Source: an uncultured Acidobacteriota bacterium
Lineage (GTDB): Bacteria; Acidobacteriota; Polarisedimenticolia; J045
Direction: 5' to 3'
Assembly (NCBI GenBank): GCA_963702425.1
Contig: CAVPCQ010000032.1
Span: forward strand, 96,001-160,000
DNA length: 64,000 bases
Numbering within the stretch: position 1 is the first letter of the stretch; each line of letters starts with the position of its first letter. A program made the position numbers and the translations under genes. Below, piece by piece: positions 1 to 8,203 of this stretch. The notes beneath the pieces were generated by a model. That model made no database searches. It was not told the DNA's origin and worked only from the letters and a program-made list of their open reading frames with translations.

Positions 1-62
1 TTCGGGACTCGGGCCGTTCGCCGGGTTGGCCGGGAGCTCCGCCGGTTCGCCTCGGGGTGGCT

Positions 63-1145
63 TCAGGCGAACGCGATCTTGGCCTTCTTGATCAGCGGGT
101 CCTGGCGCAGCTTCGACAGGATCACCGCGTAGTTCGCCTGCCGGTAGCGACCCGCGAAGTGGAGTCCCACGACTCTCTGCGTCTCGAGGTCGATGACGCA
201 AGAGCCCGAGTTGCCGCCGAGGGTCGAGCAGTCGTGCTCGAACTCCTTCCGCGCGGCGGCGACCTTGGCGATCTCCCCCGGTTGCAGCCGCTTCACGTTG
301 TAGATGTCGCGGAAGATCTCGCTCATCGGCGTCGGCTCGTTGCGTCGCCCATCCCACGCCGGGTACCCCACCACGTAGACGCGGCCGCGCGCACGAAGCT
401 TGGGATTCTCCGCGAGCAGCAGCGGTTCCGGGGCGCGGGCACCTTGGGGGGTTTTCCGGGAGGCCTTCAGGAGGGCCAGGTCGTACGTGTCGTGGATTCC
501 GATGACTGCGGTGAGTGCGAACTCGGCCGGCTTCTTGGCGCCCAACTCCTCCACATAGTCGATCCGGGCCTTCATGCCGGCCTCGAACGCCCAGCCCGCC
601 CCTTTCTTCCGACTGAATTCCTTGGCCACGTGGCGATTCGTCATCACGACACCGTCCGCGACCAGGAAGCCTGTGCCGATCCAGTCGAGCGAGGGGTGAC
701 CGGTGACTTCGATGCGGCCGACGCTGCCGAGCGTCGCCTCGATCCCCTCGCGGTGGGCGTTCAGCACCGTCCACTCCTCCGGCGGGTCCTCGAAGCGTCC
801 GTTCGTGACGAGAAGGGCGGGGCGACCTTCGAGCAGCACGATGGCCTCGAGCGCCGTCTCTTCGGTTGGGCTGAGGCGAGCGTTGGCCCCGTCCTTGCGC
901 ACTTTCTCGATCGCCTTTCGACCCTCGCTCGCCAGAATCTCGGCGCGTGCTCCCGGGCCGGCGAGGCGACGCTCGGGACTTGCTTCCGACGCGGCGGCCA
1001 CGCTCTCGAGCATCGGAGCGGGGCTGGGCCGGGTCGCCGTGAGGCGTCGCTCCAACGTTGCGGGATCAACGAGCCGTTCGTAGACGGCAGCCAGGTTCGA
1101 GACCTGGCGCATGGCCCGTGCTGCAACCGACTCCATCTTCGCCAT
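63..1145 (-). CDS. Trypsin-like serine protease (S1 family) with N-terminal extension
   Basis: Motifs GTGFLV, TNRHV (His), DLALL (Asp), CSTLGGNSGS (Ser). ATG at 1145 follows a CAGGAG RBS; the ORF-track upstream extension is spurious. Confidence 0.88.
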   Translation of the reverse strand: MAKMESVAARAMRQVSNLAAVYERLVDPATLERRLTATRPSPAPMLESVAAASEASPERRLAGPGARAEILASEGRKAIEKVRKDGANARLSPTEETALEAIVLLEGRPALLVTNGRFEDPPEEWTVLNAHREGIEATLGSVGRIEVTGHPSLDWIGTGFLVADGVVMTNRHVAKEFSRKKGAGWAFEAGMKARIDYVEELGAKKPAEFALTAVIGIHDTYDLALLKASRKTPQGARAPEPLLLAENPKLRARGRVYVVGYPAWDGRRNEPTPMSEIFRDIYNVKRLQPGEIAKVAAARKEFEHDCSTLGGNSGSCVIDLETQRVVGLHFAGRYRQANYAVILSKLRQDPLIKKAKIAFA

Positions 1146-1312
1146 CGCTTTCTCCTGTCTTTCGCCACAGGCCCGTCCGCCCGACTCCTCAACGGCCTGC
1201 GCGCAACGCCACTCTACCGCCGAACGGTCGACGGGAGCGTCCCGACGGCCGCCGAGGCTCCCGCCCTGGTCCGGGGATGAGCCTCCGCCGAGGCCTTCCG
1301 GCGCTGACGGAA

Positions 1313-2503
1313 CTACGGATCCCGCGCGCACCGGAACCCGATGTCCTCGCTCCGGAGATCCGGCATTCCGTGGAATCGTTTCGTAGCGACGAGTCGTTCG
1401 CCAGGGTCGAAGCGCCCGCCGCCGCGTATCACCCGACCGGTTCCGGTTTCCGGCCCCTTCGGATTGCGCACGTCGCCCACGGGGAAGCTGTCCGAGTACC
1501 AGTCGGAGACCCATTCGGACGCATTGCCGGCAAGATCGTGGACGCCGAACGGACTGAGACCGGCAGCGTGCGCACCCACCTTGGCGAGACCGCCGTCGTA
1601 GGCTTCGGGCGACGCGTTCTGGTAGTTCGCATGATCGAGCGTCGGCGACGCGTCGCCCCAGGGATAGCGACGGGCGTCGGTGCCGCGCGCTGCCTTCTCC
1701 CACTCTGCATCGGTCGGCAGGCGTCGGCCGGCCCACTTGCAGTAGGCCGTCGCGTCGTTCCAGTCGACACCGATCACGGGAAGCTCGTCACCGCGACTGA
1801 GATCGAGCGCTTCCCAACCGTCCGGCGGGTGTGAAGACCCGGTGGCGGCGAGGAACCTCCCATAGCGGCCGGTGGTGACTTCGTACCGATCGATGTAGAA
1901 CGCATCGAGGTAGACCTCGCGGCGCGGGGACTCCTCATCGTCCCCCATCGTGAAGTTCCCCGCCGGAACGAGCACGGCGGGAGCGCCGTCCGTGCCGGTG
2001 ATCTCCGAGGCCGGAGCTCCGGGCAAACGCACAAACCAGACGACTGCCGTAATCAGCGCGGCCACCGCGATGCCCCCGGCGACCTTCCATTGGGTCGCGC
2101 GGCGCCGGCGGCGCGCGATGCGATGCACCGCATCGGCCACGGCGGCGGGGATGTTCCCCGGCGAGTCGAGCACCGTCACGGACTTCAGGAACGGCGGCAG
2201 CCGGTCGACCGCCGTGGGCCGCAACAGCACCGGCAGCAACCGCCCGGACGCCTGCTTGAGGTTCTTCTCGGCGACGTCGAGTTCGTTCAGCGTGTAGCTG
2301 CCCGGATCGATCGCATCCTCGCTCACGAGGAACACGAACAGGCCCGCCTCCTCGATCGCGCGCCGGATGCGGATGTGGAATTCCTCGCCGGGCGGCAGAT
2401 CCTCGCGGTCGAAGAACACATCGTGTCCCTGTTCGAGCAGCGCCCGGTTGATCGACTCCGCGAGCGGGCGGTCCTGGGAGGCGTAGCTCAGGAAGATCTT
2501 CAT
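1313..2503 (-). CDS. TIR domain + transmembrane helix + FGE-sulfatase (SUMF1-like) domain protein
   Basis: N-terminal KIFLSYASQD...VFFDR...YTLNEL (TIR); TM segment VAGGIAVAALITAVVWFV; FGE motifs FYIDRYEVT, RLPTDAEWEKAARG, DLAGNASEW, GFRCARD. Confidence 0.88.
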   Translation of the reverse strand: MKIFLSYASQDRPLAESINRALLEQGHDVFFDREDLPPGEEFHIRIRRAIEEAGLFVFLVSEDAIDPGSYTLNELDVAEKNLKQASGRLLPVLLRPTAVDRLPPFLKSVTVLDSPGNIPAAVADAVHRIARRRRRATQWKVAGGIAVAALITAVVWFVRLPGAPASEITGTDGAPAVLVPAGNFTMGDDEESPRREVYLDAFYIDRYEVTTGRYGRFLAATGSSHPPDGWEALDLSRGDELPVIGVDWNDATAYCKWAGRRLPTDAEWEKAARGTDARRYPWGDASPTLDHANYQNASPEAYDGGLAKVGAHAAGLSPFGVHDLAGNASEWVSDWYSDSFPVGDVRNPKGPETGTGRVIRGGGRFDPGERLVATKRFHGMPDLRSEDIGFRCARDP

Positions 2504-2628
2504 GTCGACACGTTCTCGCCCGTCATGGACTGGGTGCAGCGGGACGTTCCGCCCGCCACGCGCGCAGGGTCCAGGCAGGACTCGCGAAGTCCTTCACCGA
2601 ACTCGCCGATGCCACCAGCACCGGACCG

Positions 2629-3726
2629 TCAGCGCAGTCGCGGGGATCCATTCAGCTCCAGCCAGCTCCGGATGTCGGTCGCGTCCGGGTTTTCCATGAC
2701 CTGCTCCCAATCCGCGTCGAGCTCGCGACGTGCCTGCCGGAGCGCCTCGACCACCGCGGCGCGCGTCGCGGCATCGGCTGGCTGTCGCGCGGCATACTGC
2801 GCGTCCAGGCTGATCAGGCAGAGCGCCCGGCTGTACTGGTAGAATCGCCCTTCCTCTACGCGATCCCCTCGCAGCATCACAGCGTGGGTGAGGCTCTGCA
2901 GGGCACCCTGCCAGTCCGGCGTCAGCTGGTCCTTCAGGGCGTATCCGAGGTTCCCGTGTGGCGCATGCCACTTGGGATCGGCGCGAACCAGCGCCTGGAA
3001 CACGGGGATCGTGCGCTCCATCTGGTGCTTGTCCGTGAACCAGTTCTCGCGGCGCACGTCCTGGGCCATGTTGAAGATCGCGGTCCGCACTTGGCGGCTG
3101 GCCCGGAGCACGGCGGCGGAGAGGCGCCTCGCGTCCGGCTTGTCCCCGCCCGTGTCCCCGAACAGCTGGCGGTAGCAAAGCAGCAACGCGATTTCTCCGA
3201 TCTTCGACTGCGGGGTGGTGTCGGTGATCTCGGTCGACGCGGTGCCATCCCCGCCGTAGAGCAGCTCGAGCTGGCGACTGAACTGCCACTGCAGATCCTC
3301 GGTGTTGCGGTAGTACGTGGGGTAGTGCTCGAGCGCCTGGAGCCTGGTCTTGAAGTCCAGGAGGCTCTTGACGTTCTCGTCGAGATCGCCCGTGAGGACG
3401 AAGTCGTTGCGGAAGTAGGTGTAGATCTGCGGCCCGGTGCCGGCCTTGAGGTCGGCGAAAGCGGTCTCGAACTCCTCCAGGGTGTAGCGCCCGACCTTGG
3501 TGAAGAAGAGCATCACGAAGATGTCGCACTCCTGGACGGCCTTGTCGTACTCCTTCTGCAAGCCTTCCTTCGACATCGCGTCGACGAAGTTCTCCCAGAC
3601 CACGAGCTCGAAGGTGATGTCCCGCGGTCGCCATTGGGGGTTGAGGCGCGCGAGCATGAGTTCGAACGAGCGCCGGTCGTCCTTCAGTTCTTCGGACGAC
3701 GCGAGGAAGATTTTCTTCACCTGCAT
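2629..3726 (-). CDS. DUF4062/TIR-like domain protein with C-terminal TPR-like helical region
   Basis: KKIFLASSEELKDDR...ECDIFVMLF...VGRYTLEEFETA is a DUF4062-like signature; HGNLGYALK is a TPR-like helix. Confidence 0.72.
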   Translation of the reverse strand: MQVKKIFLASSEELKDDRRSFELMLARLNPQWRPRDITFELVVWENFVDAMSKEGLQKEYDKAVQECDIFVMLFFTKVGRYTLEEFETAFADLKAGTGPQIYTYFRNDFVLTGDLDENVKSLLDFKTRLQALEHYPTYYRNTEDLQWQFSRQLELLYGGDGTASTEITDTTPQSKIGEIALLLCYRQLFGDTGGDKPDARRLSAAVLRASRQVRTAIFNMAQDVRRENWFTDKHQMERTIPVFQALVRADPKWHAPHGNLGYALKDQLTPDWQGALQSLTHAVMLRGDRVEEGRFYQYSRALCLISLDAQYAARQPADAATRAAVVEALRQARRELDADWEQVMENPDATDIRSWLELNGSPRLR

Positions 3727-3919
3727 GGCGCCTCGACCTGGCTCGTGGGGAGGAGAGGTCCTTTCAGCCCGCGTTCCAAAGCGGGACGAGGGTAGCACCG
3801 GCAGGTTCGGAGCGGAGCCCCGCCGGCGTCGTCGGGTCCTGGCACAGTGGGCCTCCCGGTCCTGGCCGCCTGTGACTCGGCATATCTCCGTCCGCGTTGC
3901 CGCTCAGAAAATCACATTC

Positions 3920-4070
3920 CGACGAGCTACTGCGCCGAGTTTTCGCTCTGGACGCCCTCCGCTGCCCGCGCTGCTCGTCCCGCATGGAGGTCCTGGCCCG
4001 GCTCCACCCGCCCGATACGGCCCGCGCGATCCTCGACTGCCTCGGGCTCGCCGCCCGTGCCCCGCCCCGC
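3920..4070 (+). pseudogene. IS91/ISCR-type transposase C-terminal fragment (Zn-ribbon)
   Basis: Translates as ELLRRVFALDALRCPRCSSRMEVLARLHPPDTARAILDCLGL, typical of the IS91-like transposase C-terminus; the rest of the gene is absent. Confidence 0.7.
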
Positions 4071-5341
4071 TACAGTCCCGCCGTCCCCGGGTTGAGCCGC
4101 GCGCGATCCATGAGCTCCACCAGGTAGCTGCGCGCCAGCCGCGCGTTCAGCGCCGCCTTGTCCATCACGTCCACCCGGTCCGCCGGCTCCGATGCCAGGG
4201 GCCCCGGTAAGCGCCGAACCACCGGGATGTAGTCCCCCGGGTAGTCGAGCAGGCGCAGGATGTCGACCACCGAGGCGCGCTGCAGGTCGGCGATGCGGAG
4301 TGGCTGCCGCAGCATGGCTTCGCCGAACCATCGCCGCAGCAGGTCCGCCGTGACGTCCACCTTGGCCTGCATCTCGCTCTGCGGGAACGGCATCCCGAAG
4401 GCCCCCTGCCAGAGCTGCAGGATGTCCTGGATCTCCGGGTCGAGCAGGGTGAACGCGAGCGGGCGCTGGCGCAGCTGCGCCTCGAACGCCGCGAGGGCAG
4501 GGACCATCGGCCGGATGGTCGACAGGATGGTCCCGGTGGACACCTGGCCGACGAAGCGCTCACTGCGCGGCCCCGGCGCGGCCCCGCGGGAGTCCACGAT
4601 GAGGATGCGGCGAACGCCCGTGAATCGCTCGGCGAGCGCCGCGATCAGGAAGAGCCGCGTTGACCACCAGGTCGTCGCGAGGTCGATCTTGAGGGCACGC
4701 TGCGTGTCCCCGGCCTCGGTGATGGCCCGCTGGATGCCAAACGAGGCACTGCTGTCGCCGGCCACGCCGGTCGCCGCGTCGAGCGTCGTGGCGGGCTGCA
4801 GGTCCAGCTGGTTGGTGAGCCCCGTCATCGTGATCGCCGCACTCACGCGCGCCTCGAGGTCCGACGGCGTCGTAAACCATGCCACCACGCGCTCCTGTTG
4901 CAGCGCGGTCCGGAGCGTGCGGATCCTCGTCGTATCCGGCTCGCTGCCCACCAGCCCCCGGTCGAACCCGTCAACCAGGCGCGGCGACCAGGGATAGCCC
5001 TCCTCCAGGAGGAAGGCGAGGATCGGGAGCTTCCGGTCCTTCGCCTTGAGGTACTCGTAGTGCGTGATCGAGGTACCGCCCGCTACGGCGCCCGGCACGG
5101 CAGGTGCCGGAGACACGCCCGGGGCCGCGGCCGGCGGCACGTAGCCGTAGCGCCAGGCGAAGATCCCGACGTATGCCTCCGCGCGATCCACCATTTCCAG
5201 CACCTTGGAGAGCGGGGCGGTGGCGCCGGCGGTCATGTCCTCCATGGCGAGGACCTCGTGGCCGAGCTGCCGCAGGATGCGGATGGCGGCGGCGCGGTGC
5301 TCCTGCAGGTCGACAAACGACGATGAGACGAAGACGCGCAT
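4070..5341 (-). CDS. DUF4062 domain protein
   Basis: MRVFVSSSFVDLQEHR...YVGIFAWRYG...SITHYEYLKA...PILAFL; C-terminal half uncharacterised (WWSTRLFL motif). Confidence 0.85.
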   Translation of the reverse strand: MRVFVSSSFVDLQEHRAAAIRILRQLGHEVLAMEDMTAGATAPLSKVLEMVDRAEAYVGIFAWRYGYVPPAAAPGVSPAPAVPGAVAGGTSITHYEYLKAKDRKLPILAFLLEEGYPWSPRLVDGFDRGLVGSEPDTTRIRTLRTALQQERVVAWFTTPSDLEARVSAAITMTGLTNQLDLQPATTLDAATGVAGDSSASFGIQRAITEAGDTQRALKIDLATTWWSTRLFLIAALAERFTGVRRILIVDSRGAAPGPRSERFVGQVSTGTILSTIRPMVPALAAFEAQLRQRPLAFTLLDPEIQDILQLWQGAFGMPFPQSEMQAKVDVTADLLRRWFGEAMLRQPLRIADLQRASVVDILRLLDYPGDYIPVVRRLPGPLASEPADRVDVMDKAALNARLARSYLVELMDRARLNPGTAGL

Positions 5342-5564
5342 GGTCGATTCCTCGCGAGGGGCTGCCTCGAAGCTAGCACGGGTGGGGGCGAGCGGACACT
5401 GGATGATCCCCGCGCCCGTTCTTGACGGCCTCAAACGAATGCGCGCGACGCCTGAAAGCTATCCGACCCTCCCGGCATCTCCTGATGTGCCTCACCAGGC
5501 TCGGCAGCGCTGGCCTCGGCGCATGTTCGCTTGCCCAACCGCGTTCCGGGAGTCCTGACGCGGC

Positions 5565-6350
5565 CTACATCGCCACCTTGAGCCTCGACAAGTCCGCCCG
5601 CGAGATGAACCCCGCGGCCGCACCGAACCAGATCATCCGCGTCTGCCGGTCGTAGACCATGTGCCGCACCGTGTTCCGGTCGCCGGGAATCTCCGTCACG
5701 TTGAAGAACGCCTGCGTCTTCGGGTCGAACCCCACCAGGCGGTTCGGGCGCGCCGGGTTCGCCTCGGCGACCCACACCCGGTCGCGCTCGTCGATCGTCA
5801 TCCCGTACGGCAGCGAGTTCGCCCCGCCGGGGAGCGCCCACTCGTCCACCTTCCCCGTGGCGGGGTCCGGCCGGCCGAGATAGCCGCGCGTGTAGTCGGT
5901 GTAGCAGAGCTTGTCGTCAGAGGAGATCGCGATGCGGCGGTCGCACGTGCGCTCGTTCCCTAACGGGTACGTCGTGAGCTTGAGCCTCGCGGGGTCGAGG
6001 GTCCCGATGGTATTCGTGCCGAAGAGGTCGAACCACGGGTGCCCCTTCGAGTCCATCGCGATGCCATAGCGGCGCGAGCCGGGCTGCGGCATCTTCACGG
6101 GACGGAACTGCTTCGTCGTGACGTCGAGGTGCCCCGCCACGTTCTAGTTCTGGGCGGTGAACCAGATGTTCCCCTGCTTGTCCCACACCATGGTATCCGG
6201 GTCGCGCACGCCATCGGGGATCTCGAAGCGCGTGACCTCGCCCGTGCGGGGATCCAGCCGGCCGGTGGTGCCGTTGGTGTTTCCCGGGTACGACACCATT
6301 CCCTTCGCGTCCACGACGTAGCTGTGGGGATGGGCGTTCTCGTCGCTGCC
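5565..6350 (-). pseudogene. Vgb (virginiamycin B lyase)-like beta-propeller, in-frame stop and 5' truncation
   Basis: Repeats such as GRLDPRTGEVTRF, GNIWFTAQN, YGIAMDSKGHPWF, YGMTIDERDRVW; in-frame TAG at 6144-6146; no intact N-terminus. Confidence 0.75.
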
Positions 6351-6399
6351 CTTCCCGCTTGAAGGTCCTGACGCTGTCCCCACAAATGGCGAATTCGAG

Positions 6400-6659
6400 T
6401 TCGAGGCCTCCCTGCCGCGGCCGCCGGCGTGTGGGCGCGCCGCTTTGGGGTCTCGGAGCGCCAGTCGCGCCGCTACGCCGAGCAGGCGCGCGACGGGGGC
6501 ACGCAGGCCGTCCCGCCGCCGAAGGTCGTCTTCACGGTCAAGCTGCCCGCCGACGCCGTGCGACGGGTCCGGCAGCGGGCGAGAAGTCGGCGGCAAGCGC
6601 TCAGCGCTCTCGTCGAGCAGGTTCTCGCGGACTTCTTGTCCGCGGATCCGGCTGGATGA
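6400..6659 (+). pseudogene. Small HTH/ribbon-helix-helix accessory ORF of the recombinase element
   Basis: ARRFGVSERQSRRY (HTH-like) and VFTVKLPADAVRRVR...LSALVEQVLADFL (RHH-like); start unclear. Confidence 0.55.
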
Positions 6660-6784
6660 CGTGGCGGCGGCTCGACGCGTCGCGATCGAGTACGTCTTCG
6701 ACCGGCTGGGCCGGCTGCGCCTCGCCGAGACTGACGAGCTTCTCGTTCCCGAGCGTCGCCGGAGGACCGACGGAGGACAGGATC

Positions 6785-7630
6785 ATGCCGTGTGCAGCGC
6801 TCTACGCACGAGTCTCGACGCTGGGTCAGAAGGAGGAGGAGACGATCGCCAGCCAGACCGCGGAGCTGAAGGAGCAGGCGCGGTCGGCGGGCCTGATCGT
6901 ACCGCCCGAGTGGGTGTTTGAAGACGCGGAGTGCTCGGGTTCCACGCTGATCCGGCCGGCGCTCGAACGGCTTCGCGATCTGGTCGTCCAGGAGCGCGTC
7001 GACGTGATTCTCTGTCACGCGCCGGACCGGCTGGCTCGGCGCTGCGCCTGCCAGGTGCTGCTGATGGAGGAGTTCGCGCGCACCGGGACCGAGGTCCGGT
7101 TCATCAAGGCGCCGCCGACCGCTACATCCGCAAGGGACCGGACAGCCCGGCGCGCTACGAGATCGTCGAACACGACGCACGGATCGTGCGGGAGTTGTTC
7201 CGGCGGTACGCGGAGGGACGGACCTCGCCGCGCGCATTGGGGCGGTGGCTGACCGAGCGTGCGATCCCGACGGGAGCGGGCAGGGCGTTCTGGGACCAAT
7301 CGACGGTGGCTCAGATCCTGCGCAATCCCGCCTGCCGCGGGTGTGTGGCCTTCGGCCGGAGGGCGCCGGTGGACGACCCGCCGCGGGTCACGCCTTCGCG
7401 CCGTCTGGCCGGTGCAAAGGCCGCGCGGCGCTTCGACGACATCCGGCGCTTCTCGGCTCGCCGCACGAAGGAGCCGTGCGAGGCGGCCGCCGGCACGTTG
7501 GTCCTCGAACGCCAGCGCGTCGTCCGACTCGTCGTCCGGGACGTCCTCGTGGACACCGACACCGTGGTCATTCGGCACACGATCCCCGGACTGGACTCGG
7601 GCGGACGACCCGTTTGCCGCTCGTGGGGAC
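6785..7630 (+). pseudogene. Large serine recombinase, frameshifted and internally deleted
   Basis: ALYARVST..QKEEETIASQ, RPALERLRD and PDRLAR; frame change near 7120 continues as ARIVRELFRRY, WDQSTVAQILRNP and ERQRVVRLVVRDV. Confidence 0.8.
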
Positions 7631-7633
7631 CCC

Positions 7634-7775
7634 GTGTTGGCCCAGATCCACCCGCCCGACACCGCCCGCGTGATCCTCGACTGCCTCGGGCTGGCCTCCC
7701 GTGCCCCGCCCCGCACGCCGGCCCGCGCCGAGCCGGACTCGCTCCCCTTTCCCGCCAACACCGCCGCGGACTGAA
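7634..7775 (+). pseudogene. Second IS91/ISCR transposase C-terminal fragment
   Basis: VLAQIHPPDTARVILDCLGLASRAPPR; the first ~80 bp are a direct repeat of 3990-4070. Confidence 0.65.
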
Positions 7776-8203
7776 CTCCTGGACGAACGCCCCGGCCCAC
7801 GCGGGTCCTGACCACCTGGAGGGTGGATCTCCGCCGCCATGGCGGCCCTCCGCGCGTCCCATCCGGGGCCGCTCTCGCCGCCGCGCAGCGCTCGACCACG
7901 CTCCATCCACGCGGCCGGCCGTTCCCGCCGCTGGCGGCGCACCGACTTCGGCTGGCGTGTCATGAACGCGGCACTCCAGCTGCGCTACCGGGAGTTCCCA
8001 GCCTCCTTCGCTGCGGCGGCTTGAATCTGCTGCCCACTTCTCTTCGGTATGCGGAGAAGTTACAAAGCAATGATTTATCTTCCGGCCGGGGGTGAGTTGC
8101 CCGGGAGGCTTGTCCGCGAAGTCTGCCACGTCCACCACGACGCGTATCGCCGGGCGAACCCCGCCTGTTCGGCGTACGCTCCCCCTCATGAAAGGGGAAA
8201 GAC

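Noticed and set aside
1313-1990. FGE/C-type-lectin-fold domain as a DGR target
   Set aside because: No reverse transcriptase or template repeat is visible in the window.
6144-6146. Amber codon as pyrrolysine or readthrough
   Set aside because: The gene is also 5'-truncated and no recoding machinery is visible.
7780-8200. Search for a free lanthipeptide precursor upstream (and at 13410-14360)
   Set aside because: No small ORF with an RBS and a leader-plus-Cys/Ser/Thr core pattern was seen; these regions look like IS relics or intergenic DNA.
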